From an uncultured Candidatus Entotheonella sp. (GTDB lineage: Bacteria; Tectomicrobia; Entotheonellia; Entotheonellales; Entotheonellaceae), in contig CBDCDA010000001.1 of assembly GCA_965215335.1 (NCBI GenBank), positions 160,001 through 224,000 on the forward strand: a DNA stretch of 64,000 bases, written 5' to 3'. The notes under the pieces were generated by a model, which saw only the letters and a program-made list of their open reading frames with translations, was not told the origin of the DNA and ran no database searches. A program made the translations under genes and the position numbers. Shown one piece after another: positions 31,361 to 41,104 of this stretch (positions are counted from its first letter, which is position 1; each line of letters opens with the position of its first letter).

Positions 31361-32299
31361 ATGGAACGCGTGACCCAACTCGGGTATCTGGGTATCGGGG
31401 TAAGTGACGTTGGCGCCTGGGAACGCTTTGCGACCCAGACGCTCGGCTTGCAAGCGCACGAGCCGGACGCCGATGGCACCTTGTTCCTCAAAATGGACGA
31501 GTACCATCACCGCTTCGCCCTGCGCGCCAACGGGCATGACGACATCGACTACGTGGGCTGGGAGGTCGCCGACGAGCATGCCCTCGAGGCGATGCGGGCG
31601 CAACTGGAAGCGGCAGGGGTCGAGGTGACGACCGGCGCCGCCGATCTGGCGGCGCAGCGGCGGGTCGTGGACCTGATTGCGTTCGACGACCCGGACGGTG
31701 TGCATACGGAGGTCTTCTACGGGCCGCTGGTGAACTACGACCAGCCCTTCGCCTCGCCGCGCGCCATCTCCGGCTTCGAGACCGGCACGCAGGGGCTGGG
31801 GCACATCGTGCTGGTGGTGGAGGACGTGGCGAAAAGCCTGCACTTCTACCGCGACGTGCTCGGCATGCGCATCAGCGATTTCGTGCAGACCTCCAGGATG
31901 GCCCCCGCCGGCAGCGCCTCGCGGCGCATGGCGTTCTTCCACTGCAACCCGCGCCACCACTCGCTGGCCTTCCTGGCCGCGTCGATCAAGCCGCGCCTGC
32001 GGCACTTCATGCTGCAGGCGCAGTCGCTCGACGACGTCGGCTCGACGTACACCCTGTGCCAGGACCAGGGCGTGCCGATCAACCGCACCCTGGGACGGCA
32101 CACCAACGACCACATGGTGTCGTTCTACATGGCGTCGCCGTCGGGCTTCGAGGTCGAATACGGATGGGGGGCGCGCACCGTGGACGACAGCACCTGGCAG
32201 GTGCAGCAGCACACGACCGGCAGCATCTGGGGGCATCGCGCCCCGGCGGAGCAGCCGGTGGGCGCTCAGGGTCAGGCTGGAAAGGCAAAGGAGCAGTGA
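31361..32299 (+). CDS. Type I extradiol ring-cleavage dioxygenase (BphC/HsaC-like)
   Basis: LGYLG, GLGHIV, FFHCNPRHHS, HFMLQ, LGRHTNDHMVSFY..PSGFEVEYG. Confidence 0.92.
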   Translation: MERVTQLGYLGIGVSDVGAWERFATQTLGLQAHEPDADGTLFLKMDEYHHRFALRANGHDDIDYVGWEVADEHALEAMRAQLEAAGVEVTTGAADLAAQRRVVDLIAFDDPDGVHTEVFYGPLVNYDQPFASPRAISGFETGTQGLGHIVLVVEDVAKSLHFYRDVLGMRISDFVQTSRMAPAGSASRRMAFFHCNPRHHSLAFLAASIKPRLRHFMLQAQSLDDVGSTYTLCQDQGVPINRTLGRHTNDHMVSFYMASPSGFEVEYGWGARTVDDSTWQVQQHTTGSIWGHRAPAEQPVGAQGQAGKAKEQ

Positions 32300-32302
32300 T
32301 TC

Positions 32303-32743
32303 ATGGCAACCCTGACCGAGGCACGGGTAGCGACCGTTCGCATGGTGGGTGAAGACGAGGCGAGCGGCAAGGTGGCGGCGATCTTCGACGATATCAAGGC
32401 CACCAAGGGCCTGTCGTTCGTGCCCAATTTCTGGCGCGTTCTGGCGACGAACCCCGACCACCTGGAACTGGTGTGGACGAATCTGAAAACCCTCATGCAC
32501 CCGGAGACTGTGGGGCGTGAGTCGCGGCTCGACCCGCTGACGCGGGAAATCATCGCCCTGGCGGTGTCGGCGACCAACGGCTGCGCCTATTGCACCAACT
32601 CGCACACCGCGGCGGTGCGCAAGCTTGGACTGGATACCGAGGCGCTGGGCGAGGTGATGGCCATTATCGGCCTGTTCAACACCACCAACACCCTGGCCGA
32701 CGGCTACCAGGTCGAGCCCGACGTGCTGCCGCCGCTGGATTGA
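32303..32743 (+). CDS. Carboxymuconolactone decarboxylase/AhpD family
   Basis: EIIALAVSATNGCAYCTNSH. Confidence 0.9.
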   Translation: MATLTEARVATVRMVGEDEASGKVAAIFDDIKATKGLSFVPNFWRVLATNPDHLELVWTNLKTLMHPETVGRESRLDPLTREIIALAVSATNGCAYCTNSHTAAVRKLGLDTEALGEVMAIIGLFNTTNTLADGYQVEPDVLPPLD

Positions 32744-32750
32744 CAGCCGG

Positions 32751-33254
32751 CTAGACGAGCAGGGCGCCTTCGTGTTGCAGCAGGCGTCGCTTGATCGCGA
32801 TGCCGCCGGCATAACCGGTCAGCCGGCCGTTGGCGTCCACCACCCGGTGGCACGGAATGACGATGGCCACCGGGTTGCGCCCGTTGGCATGCCCGACGGC
32901 CCGCACCGCGGTCGGCTGTCCAAGCCGCTCGGCGATCTCCCGGTACGTGGTCGTCGTGCCCCACGGAATCTGCCGCAATTCTCCCCACACCCGTTGTTGA
33001 AACGGTGTTCCTCCAGGCGCCACCGCCAATGTGAAGCGCTGGCGCCGTCCCTCGAAATACGCCTGCAACTGCTTCCGCGCCTCGTCGAGGACTCCCTCAT
33101 CTTCCTGCCAATCCGGCTCCCGCCGTACCGGGCGCTCGCCGTCCTGAAATTCGACGTGTGTCAGTCCCCGTGTCGTGCCGGCGATGCACAATGCGCCAAA
33201 GGGGGTATCAAGGATGGTGTAGCGCACAGGTTCAGCAGGACACGAGGCAGGCAT
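32751..33254 (-). CDS. ogt: Methylated-DNA-protein-cysteine methyltransferase
   Basis: GTPFQQRVW, AVRAVG.ANGRNP, IPCHRVV. Confidence 0.93.
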   Translation of the reverse strand: MPASCPAEPVRYTILDTPFGALCIAGTTRGLTHVEFQDGERPVRREPDWQEDEGVLDEARKQLQAYFEGRRQRFTLAVAPGGTPFQQRVWGELRQIPWGTTTTYREIAERLGQPTAVRAVGHANGRNPVAIVIPCHRVVDANGRLTGYAGGIAIKRRLLQHEGALLV

Positions 33255-33265
33255 GAGCGTATCTC

Positions 33266-33382
33266 CTCGATTTCAAGAGCGACCCGGCGGACGAGATGAT
33301 CGCCGCCACCAGCATCGGGCACCATGTGCCCCGGCTCACGCGCGATCGCGTCGTCCGAGGTTCACGGGTCGTGCCCCTGGCC
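33266..33382 (+). pseudogene. VapC/PIN toxin C-terminal remnant
   Basis: LDFKSDPADEMIAATSIGHHVPRLTRDRVVRGSRVVPLA resembles PIN DP.D..I.AT....L.T.D; no start. Confidence 0.6.
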
Positions 33383-33445
33383 TCACAGGCCCAAAACGCG
33401 AACCCACAGGTCGGATCACGATGCGCTGATCCGACCCGCACATGA

Positions 33446-34279
33446 CTAACTCTTCACCGCGCCCATGCTGAGGCCGCGGATGAAGTAGCGGCTGAGGAAG
33501 GCGAACAGGGCCAGCAGGGGCAGGCAGATCATGGTCGAGCCCGCCATCAGCTCGCCCCAATTGGCGTCGTAGGCATCGTCGATGGAGGCGAGGCCATAGG
33601 GCAGGGTCTTGAGTTCGTCGGAGGTGATGAGGATGAGCGAGAAGACGAAATCCGACCACGACAGCACGAACGCAAACAGCACCACCGTCAGCACGCCGGG
33701 CAGCGTCAGGGGCATGATGACCCGGTAAATGGCCTGCAGGCGCGAGCAGCCGTCGATGAACGCCGACTCCTCCACCTCGAACGGGAAGTTCTTGAAGAAT
33801 CCCCACATCAGCCATACACCGAGCGGCAGCGTGAAGGTGCTGTGCGTCAGGATGAGGCTCAGGCGCGTGTCGTCGAGGCCGATCTTCACCAGGAAGATAT
33901 AGATCGGAATGGCCAGCAGCAGGGCCGGGAACATGTACGCGAAAAGCATCGCCCGCACCATGAGCATCATGCCCGGCAGGCGGCTGCGCACCAGGGCGTA
34001 GGCCATCGGCGTCACCACCGCCACGGTCAGCACGGTGGTGCCCACGGCGATGAGAATGCTGTTGACGTAATACGTCGGGAAGTCCGTCAGGCTGAGGATA
34101 GTCTTGTAGCCCTGCCACGAATACGGCCCCGGCAGCAGCAGCGGCTCGAACAGCGCGCGCCCGGCGCGCAGCCCCGAAATGACCATCCAGTACATCGGGA
34201 ACAGCGAGTACAGGACGACCCCGACAAAGAGCAGCACCAGGAAGACGCGACGGATCAGAACCCAGTTCGTTTTGCGCAT
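33446..34279 (-). CDS. Carbohydrate ABC transporter permease (MalG-like)
   Basis: EESAFIDGCS EAA loop, 6 TM. Confidence 0.92.
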   Translation of the reverse strand: MRKTNWVLIRRVFLVLLFVGVVLYSLFPMYWMVISGLRAGRALFEPLLLPGPYSWQGYKTILSLTDFPTYYVNSILIAVGTTVLTVAVVTPMAYALVRSRLPGMMLMVRAMLFAYMFPALLLAIPIYIFLVKIGLDDTRLSLILTHSTFTLPLGVWLMWGFFKNFPFEVEESAFIDGCSRLQAIYRVIMPLTLPGVLTVVLFAFVLSWSDFVFSLILITSDELKTLPYGLASIDDAYDANWGELMAGSTMICLPLLALFAFLSRYFIRGLSMGAVKS

Positions 34280-35215
34280 CTAGTGCTCCTCCAGGGGAAA
34301 CATCCGGAAGTAAATCCAGATCAACAGGGCCAGGAACACGAAGATCGACGTGGCGATGGCGGTGCCGCCGCCGATGTCGAACATGTCGAAGGTCCTGACG
34401 TAGGCCAGGATGGGCAGGTGCTCGGTGCTGGTGAGCGGTCCGCCGTTGGTCATCAGCCACACGATGTCGAATTTGTTGAACATGAAAATGGTGCGCAGCA
34501 TGACGATGACGATCAGCACCGGCTTGAGCACCGGCAGGGTGATGTGGACGAGGCGTTTCCAGGCGTTGGCGCCGTCCACTGCGGCGGCGTCGTACAGATC
34601 GTCGGAGATGGTCTGCAGGGCCGCCAGGAAGGTGATGGTGACGAACGGCGTCCAGTACCACACGCTGACGAAAATGATGGAGAACCAGGCCGCCAGCGGC
34701 GAGGTGAACCAGGCGATGGGGCCGATGCCGATGGTCTCCAGGAACGTGTTGAAGATGCCGTAGTTGACGTTGAGGAGCCACTTCCAGACGTACACCACCA
34801 CCACGGTCGGCAGGATGTAGGGCGCCAGCGCGGCGCTGCGCAGCAGGTTGCGGCCGCGAAATTCCTGGTGCAGCAGCAGCGCGATGCCGATGCCGAGGAC
34901 CACCTGCAGGGCCACCGTGGCCACGGCGTAGAGCACCCCGTGCCAGAACGCATCCCAGTAACGCGGCTCGGAAAACACCCGGACGTAGTTGCCCAGCCCG
35001 ACGAACGTCGGCTCGTCGATAAAGCTCTCGGCGTGGAAAAAGCTCAGCTGGATGGCGTAAATGACGGGGATGAACAGCGCCCCGATGCCGAGCACCATGC
35101 CGGGTGCCAGGAAGGCGACAAAGAGCTTGCGATCGCGTCGTTCCAGAGGGCCGGCGCGGGAGACTTCTTGCGGCGCCGGCAGCGCCAGCGAAGCCGTGCG
35201 GCGCAGGGTGACCAT
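34280..35215 (-). CDS. Carbohydrate ABC transporter permease (MalF-like)
   Basis: FVGLGNY, LYDAAAVDGA, TNGGP. Confidence 0.92.
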   Translation of the reverse strand: MVTLRRTASLALPAPQEVSRAGPLERRDRKLFVAFLAPGMVLGIGALFIPVIYAIQLSFFHAESFIDEPTFVGLGNYVRVFSEPRYWDAFWHGVLYAVATVALQVVLGIGIALLLHQEFRGRNLLRSAALAPYILPTVVVVYVWKWLLNVNYGIFNTFLETIGIGPIAWFTSPLAAWFSIIFVSVWYWTPFVTITFLAALQTISDDLYDAAAVDGANAWKRLVHITLPVLKPVLIVIVMLRTIFMFNKFDIVWLMTNGGPLTSTEHLPILAYVRTFDMFDIGGGTAIATSIFVFLALLIWIYFRMFPLEEH

Positions 35216-35219
35216 GGTG

Positions 35220-36575
35220 TCAACTCCTCGTGGTAAAGCCCCGGATCTCCTCGGCCGTGGCGTCCACGGCCTCGCTCGGGGTCAGGCGTTTCAACAGCAC
35301 GTTCTGGTACATCCTGGCGAGGACATTGGAAATCGCGAAGCGGGCGTGGTTCGGCGACGGGTGGGGGCCCTGAAAATCGATGGAGCCGACCAGCGTCGTA
35401 TCCGTGTTCATGAACTCGCGCATCGTGTCAACGGCCTCCCGGTGCTTCTCGATCAGCGGGTGACTGCGCCATTTCTCGTTCTCGTAGGTGGAAAACTGCG
35501 TCGGCTGGTAATGCAGCGGCACCGTGAGCTGGTAGTCGACAAGGCGCTCGGTGTCGAGAAACCAGCGGAAAAAATCCACCGTCAATTCGGAATTTTCCGT
35601 CTTGCCGATGGAAAAGCCGTCGTCCCCGTACGTCACCGCCCGGCGCCCGCCGTCGGGCCCCGGATAGGACATGATGCCGTATTTGTCGGCCAGTTCCGGG
35701 TTGCGGTCCTCAATGGTGTGGATGGCGCGGCCGGTGTACGAGGTGATGGCCGACAGGCCGGACGAGAAGTTGATCAGCATGTCCTTCAGGCTCGTTTCCA
35801 TCGGTCCCGGCGGCGTGTACTTCGCCACCTCGGCGAGGAACTCCAGCGTTCGGACGGCGCGCGGCTTGACGTCGTCGGAATCCAGCACGACGTTCCACTC
35901 GTTGTCGTAAAACTGCACCCCGGCGGCCCACAGAAAAGCCGAGTTGCCCCACAGGGTATGCGTCCCGCCGTAGGGCAGGGTGATGGCGTAGCGCTTGCTG
36001 GCCGGGTCATTGAGGGCGCGCAGCACCTCCAGAAACTCGTCCCAGTCGTTGGGCACTTGCAGGCCCTTGTCGGCGAACAGGTCTTTGCGGTAGAGCAGGT
36101 AATTGAAGTTGTAGTCGTAGGGGTAGAGCCAGTAGTCGTCCTGGAACAGGCGCAGCGCCCGCGGCCCGAAATCCTCCTCCCCGACTTCGCGGATGATGTC
36201 GGTAAGGGGAACGAGCTGCCCCTCCTCGGCCAGCAGGATGGCCAGGTTGGTGAAGAAGATGATGAAGTCGTACGGTTTGCCGGCCTTGATGGCGGTGGTC
36301 ACCTTGGTGGCCGTCTGCATCACCGGCACGGTTTCGATCTTCACCCGCACGCCGGTTTCGGCCCGGTAGGTCCTGGCCATTGCCTTCAGGAAGGCAATGG
36401 TGTCGGGATCCGTTTCGTTGTTGAAAATGCGAATCGTGCCCTTGCGGGCGTACACCCGCTGCGGCATGCCGGCCGATCCCAGCAACGCCGCCCCGCCCGC
36501 GGCGCCGAGCGTGTGCAGAAAACGACGGCGCGGCATGGCCGCGCCGAACAATGGCGATGGACGCTGAGCAGCCAT
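35220..36575 (-). CDS. ABC substrate-binding protein (family 1), Tat signal
   Basis: PRRRFL signal; LLYRKDLF..KGL.VP..WDE. Confidence 0.88.
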   Translation of the reverse strand: MAAQRPSPLFGAAMPRRRFLHTLGAAGGAALLGSAGMPQRVYARKGTIRIFNNETDPDTIAFLKAMARTYRAETGVRVKIETVPVMQTATKVTTAIKAGKPYDFIIFFTNLAILLAEEGQLVPLTDIIREVGEEDFGPRALRLFQDDYWLYPYDYNFNYLLYRKDLFADKGLQVPNDWDEFLEVLRALNDPASKRYAITLPYGGTHTLWGNSAFLWAAGVQFYDNEWNVVLDSDDVKPRAVRTLEFLAEVAKYTPPGPMETSLKDMLINFSSGLSAITSYTGRAIHTIEDRNPELADKYGIMSYPGPDGGRRAVTYGDDGFSIGKTENSELTVDFFRWFLDTERLVDYQLTVPLHYQPTQFSTYENEKWRSHPLIEKHREAVDTMREFMNTDTTLVGSIDFQGPHPSPNHARFAISNVLARMYQNVLLKRLTPSEAVDATAEEIRGFTTRS

Positions 36576-36731
36576 GACTTCCCCCCTTAGCTCGTGTCTC
36601 GACGTCGTGAAGCCTGATCACACCCTTCACCCGAACTGAACGGACGTCATCCTACCACACATCTGGCACGTCTGGCGCGAAAAGAACCGCCTGCACGGCA
36701 GCCTTGCAAACACGTCTCACCTGTGGCCGGG

Positions 36732-36820
36732 TGTACAGTCCCGGAGATTGCTGGTGCGATCCGTTCCGTGCAATCGAAAGGAGGCACTATGGGACAGGTA
36801 CTTCACGGCAGCGCCACGGC
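36732..36820 (+). mobile_element. IS481-family left-end remnant
   Basis: TGT terminus, AGGAGG RBS, ATG 36789 MGQVLHGSAT (IS481 transposase N-terminus), then homology stops. Confidence 0.65.
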
Positions 36821-36938
36821 GTTCGGGCGGAGGCGGCCAAGACGGTCAGCAGCGACGTCAGCGTCAGCGACATCCTTCGCCACACGACGGTTCCGGTTTT
36901 CATGTCGCATTGACGCGGCCGCGGGCACACCCGTCACG

Positions 36939-38492
36939 CTACAGGGCACTGGAGGATGCGCCTGCGTCGATGAGTTCACGGAGCTTGTCGGTCAATGTTT
37001 TCGGATCGGAAGTCGTACGGACCCGCCGCCAGGAGACAGCACCGGTCTCATGGCGCATTTGCATCTCGACGACCGTGGCGGTCGCATCGGAAACATCGCG
37101 TCCACGGCGCGCGACCCGTTCGACAAGGGTCGCTTCGGGCGCCTCCAACCAGAGACCTGTGAACCGCACGCCGTGTTTGGCCGCGAGTCGTTCCAACGCC
37201 AGGCGGTCTCGAGGTGTTGCGTGAACCGCATCGATGATCACGCTCGCGCCAGCAGTGAGTGCCGCTTCGGCGTCGATGCGTAATTTTTCGTAGACTCTCG
37301 CGCTTACCCGGGCCGTGTAGGCAGCAGCAGGCAAGCGATTCTCAGGAGCGCTTCCGAGCATGCGTTTGCGCACAACATCGCTTTGCAGCACGACCGCGCC
37401 AGGAGCGCGCCCGATTGCCGGGGCGAGCCGTCGGGCAACGGTGGACTTGCCGCTGCCTGACAGACCGCCGAGGGCAACCAGGCGTGCTGGTCGAGGCTCG
37501 GACACGTGGAGCGCCAGATTGAAGTAGGCACGGGCGTCTTCACGCCTTTCCAGGCGGGTATCGTCATCGGAACTGCTCTCGCTCGCCGCCGCGGTGACGT
37601 GCGCTCGGATGGCCGCTCGACACGACAGGAACAGCGGCAGCGGGAGCAGTCCCTCGAGATCATCCCGCCACCACAGATAGCGATTGAGGATGCGATTCGC
37701 CTCGATTGTCAAGCCGCGACGCCACAGGTCCATGAGGAGAAAGGCGAGGTCGTAGAAGACGTCGATGCAAGCGAACGTCTCGCTGAATTCGATCGCGTCG
37801 AACAAGGTCGGTCGATTGTCAACCAGACACACGTTGCGAAGATGCAGGTCGCCGTGGCAGCGGCGCACCAAGCCGTTCTCTCGTCGTCGCTCAAGACATT
37901 GATCAAGTCGTGCGAGCGTGGCGCGCATTGCCACGTTCAGCCTCTCGATACGTGCATCGTCGAAAAGGTCGGGATAACGCGCGAGCTCGGCCGTATTCTC
38001 CTCGACGACTTCGGCTATCGCCGTCGTTCCGCCAAACTCGGGCGCCGGTTCGGCGTGTTCGTGAAACCGAGCGATCGCGTCAGCGAGACCGTCGATCAAC
38101 GCGCCGTCCAATTCACCGCGCCGCGCCAATTCGCTGAACACCTGGTTCTCGTCGAAGCGCGCCATGACGACAACCCAATCCACGATCTCTCCTTGGCCAC
38201 CCCAGCCGAGATTGCCGTCGTTGCGACGCATGATCGGAAGGGTCTCACGATAGATCGTGGGCGCCGTTCTCCGATTAACACGCAACTCCGCTTCGCACGC
38301 CAGGCGTCGCCTGGACACCGTCGAGTAATCCATGTAGTCGAAATACACGGCACGCTTCAGCTTGACAGCACGCTCGCCAGCCAGGAACACGAAGGCCCCA
38401 TGTGTGTCAATCCGCCGAACCGGCAACTCGATGCCGTAGCTCTCCGGCCTGGACAGGAACTCGACGACCTCGGATTGATCTTCAACAATCAT
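36939..38492 (-). CDS. Aminoglycoside-phosphotransferase-like / AAA_33 bifunctional protein
   Basis: IDTH, RRCHGDLHLRN, FDAIEF, YDLAFLLMDL; GLSGSGKST, SDVVRK. Confidence 0.88.
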   Translation of the reverse strand: MIVEDQSEVVEFLSRPESYGIELPVRRIDTHGAFVFLAGERAVKLKRAVYFDYMDYSTVSRRRLACEAELRVNRRTAPTIYRETLPIMRRNDGNLGWGGQGEIVDWVVVMARFDENQVFSELARRGELDGALIDGLADAIARFHEHAEPAPEFGGTTAIAEVVEENTAELARYPDLFDDARIERLNVAMRATLARLDQCLERRRENGLVRRCHGDLHLRNVCLVDNRPTLFDAIEFSETFACIDVFYDLAFLLMDLWRRGLTIEANRILNRYLWWRDDLEGLLPLPLFLSCRAAIRAHVTAAASESSSDDDTRLERREDARAYFNLALHVSEPRPARLVALGGLSGSGKSTVARRLAPAIGRAPGAVVLQSDVVRKRMLGSAPENRLPAAAYTARVSARVYEKLRIDAEAALTAGASVIIDAVHATPRDRLALERLAAKHGVRFTGLWLEAPEATLVERVARRGRDVSDATATVVEMQMRHETGAVSWRRVRTTSDPKTLTDKLRELIDAGASSSAL

Positions 38493-38662
38493 GTTGGCGG
38501 TTCCCCCCAAGCTATCGGGTAAGGGGACTCGATTTTGCACAAACTTTCCGAGGACGACCTGCGACGCGGCGGGCGTTCGGAAACGTCCGCCGGTGGTGCC
38601 CATCGCGTCGGTTGCCAGGGCGCCGATTACAGAGCCGGCAAACACCTCGACTCCTTGAAGAA

Positions 38663-39100
38663 CTATGCCTTTTCCCCGCCGTCCGCTCCAGCCATTGTCA
38701 TGCAACAGCCGTCCGCGCGGGGAATTCCCGGGAAATCGTCTACGTCCTCAATCACCCGGTACCACTCCCAGCCAAGTCCCTCGGGCTCCTGCGCCCAGAC
38801 CTTATGTTGCCTGGCATGGCAACACACCGGGTCGTTCTCAACGTGGTGTTCGAGGCCGCCGGTCCTGATGCGTTCCAAGGCATCACGCACCTCGGTGTCG
38901 TCGAAGACCTCGACGCCCAGATGGTTCAGGCGTTCACGCGCCCAAGGTGCCTCGAACAGGACAAGCTTGAGCGGCGGCTCGGCGATCGCGAAGTTGGCGT
39001 ATCCGGGCTTCCGCTTGTCGGGCTCGACCCCGAACATCTTCGAGTAGAACTCAACGGCGGAATCCAGGTCGTCAACATTGAGGGCGAGTTGCAGACGCAT
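38663..39100 (-). CDS. arsI: ArsI/CadI-family VOC metalloenzyme
   Basis: LQLALNV, GYANFAIAEPPLKLVL, LNHLGVEV, CCHARQHKVW, WEWY. Confidence 0.88.
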   Translation of the reverse strand: MRLQLALNVDDLDSAVEFYSKMFGVEPDKRKPGYANFAIAEPPLKLVLFEAPWARERLNHLGVEVFDDTEVRDALERIRTGGLEHHVENDPVCCHARQHKVWAQEPEGLGWEWYRVIEDVDDFPGIPRADGCCMTMAGADGGEKA

Positions 39101-39120
39101 GAGATTTCCTCCAACTGGAA

Positions 39121-39375
39121 TCAGGTGCGAGGTGGGCATGACGACCCCTCGCAGCAGTTTTCGGTCAGGAATTCGAGCAGGGTGTTCATCGCCGCGAAGT
39201 CGGGGCTGTAGATCAGCGAGCGGCCTTCACGCCGACAGCGCACCAGGCCCGCATGCCTGAGTTCTTTCAGATGAAAGGACAACGTGGCGCCGGGGACCTT
39301 CAACCGCTCGCTCACGACGCCTGCGTTGAGACCTTCGGGACCGGCGCGGACGAGAAGTCGGAAGACGTCGAATCG
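39121..39375 (-). pseudogene. arsR: ArsR-family regulator lacking its N-terminus
   Basis: RFDVFRLLVRAGPEG...TLSFHLKEL...REGRSLIY...FLTENCC; first helix and a good start are missing. Confidence 0.7.
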
Positions 39376-39446
39376 AAATATATCCAATGGCAGCGCCCAG
39401 CCAGATCGACGCCGCGCGGAGAAGGAAGACAAGTCCAGACACCCGC

Positions 39447-40976
39447 CTACCACGCAGAGCCACCGGCCTCATGTGTGACCAGGATGACGTGCTCCGCGAC
39501 GGTGGTGGCAATCTCCAGGTCGCCGTCGACGATGCGCCAGGCGTCGGACGGACAGCCGTCGATTTCGACCTGACATGAGGCAGGATCGACATTGGCGACG
39601 CGGAAGGCCGTCGGCTGGCCGGTGGCGGGGGGCAGGCCGGCGTCGGTGGCGACGACGAGACGGCCGCGGGTGGCATCATAGGTGGCCCGGGAGAGGCAGA
39701 CGGTCGGGAAATCGACGCCGTGCACCGTGGGTTCTTCGAACTTGCGGAGCCTGGGTGCGTTGAACAGCCGTTGCCAAGCGCCCGCGGACAGGGCTTCGGC
39801 CATCATCCGGGTGGCGTTGAACTGGCCGCGCGGGTGCGGCTCGTCGAGTCCGAATCCCCAGGTGAATTCGCCTGTGACGTCATTCCAGGCGGGTTCGTGA
39901 CGCGCTTCGCAGTGGGCTGCGAGCTTGTCGCAGATGGCATTCTCGCCAAACTCGCGGGCCAGGACGAGACCCCACAGGGTGAAGCGGGGATTGCCGCGCG
40001 GCTCGCGCAACGGGGCGTCGGTCGTCCAGCCGAGGCGTTCGGCGGCGGCGGCGAAGATCAACGCGGCCACCTCGGGCTTCTGCGGCGCCAGGTAGACCGC
40101 CATCATCAGGGCGCTTTCGGGACCGCGGCGGTGGTCGTAGTGCAGGATGGGGTCGTAATACAGGGTCAGGGTGTCACGCAGCCGGCCGTCGCGCAGCCCC
40201 AGATAGTGGCGCTCGGCGTGTAACCACCACTGGTCGAACACCTCATGGAAGCTGGTGCCGAAAAGCGTATCGAACAGCCCCAGACCGAGGCCGGCGGCGC
40301 TCAGTCAGACGGGCCAGATCTTGGTGTTCTCGCAATGGCACCCCTCGTGCCGCGCGCCCCACTGGTCAGCCAGCAACTCGGCAATCGTGCGGTGTGACCA
40401 CGTAAACGTGCTGGCCCCGTCGCGGATCATCTCGAACGGCTGCTCCCACTTGTCGTCGCCAGAGACGTAGCGGTGCAGGCCGAGCATCAGCAGAAAGAAC
40501 CCCTTGAAGAACAGGTTGCCGTCGGCGCCGATGGGGTCTATCTGCAGCCCCCACGGTTCGACGCCGTTGGCCGTCCAACCCGGCACGTCGTACTTGCCGC
40601 GCAGTTTCGGGGCCATGAAATACGCGTACCACGCCTCGGGATACGACGCCCGCCGCGGGTCGGGGCCGATCTGTTCCAGCCAGTCTCTGGCCGCCCAGTA
40701 ACCGGTGTGACGGTAAAGCAGTTCATCCAGCACCCGGCCGTAGACCTCACGCCAGGCGGGCGTGAGGTCGGCCATCAGGGCCACGGCATAGCTCGACTCG
40801 ATCAGGTCGAAACGGTGCCACGACAGCGTCGGCTCGTTGCTGAGCGCATCCCAGTGCGGGTGCGGTCGCCCCTCCTTGCTCCAGTCGTCCGGCGTGGTAG
40901 CCTTGCGGTACAGATAGCGCAGCCAGCCCCGGCAGCGCGTCGAGGTGGCGGGATACCCCGCGACCGTCTGGCTCAT
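39447..40976 (-). CDS. Linalool dehydratase/isomerase-like protein, probable selenoprotein (Sec at codon 224; 509 aa)
   Basis: ORFs 40305-40988 and 39447-40241 share a frame and are joined by one TGA; DPI..GNLFFKG...LMLGL...GCHCENTKIWPV-U-LSAAGLGL..FD.LFGT parallels LDI; SECIS-like hairpin. Confidence 0.78.
40272..40307 (-). promoter_or_regulatory. Putative bacterial SECIS element
   Basis: UGA CUGAGCGCCGC CGGCCUC-GGUCU-GGGGCUG UUC; G-initiated apical loop 18 nt after UGA. Confidence 0.7.
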
Positions 40977-41063
40977 CGGCTCCTCCAAATCAACCCCTCC
41001 CCCCGAATCGTTCAGCGTCAGTTTTCAGCACGCCCGGGCGGCGTGTCAAGCCGGCGCCAGCGA

Positions 41064-41104
41064 TTGACATCGCGCCGAACCATGTCCGAACCATGTGCTA
41101 CAAT
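41064..41104 (+). promoter_or_regulatory. Sigma70-type promoter with an 11-bp tandem duplication in the spacer
   Basis: TTGACA-TCGCG-(CCGAACCATGT)x2-GC-TACAAT; extended -10 TGn. Confidence 0.55.
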
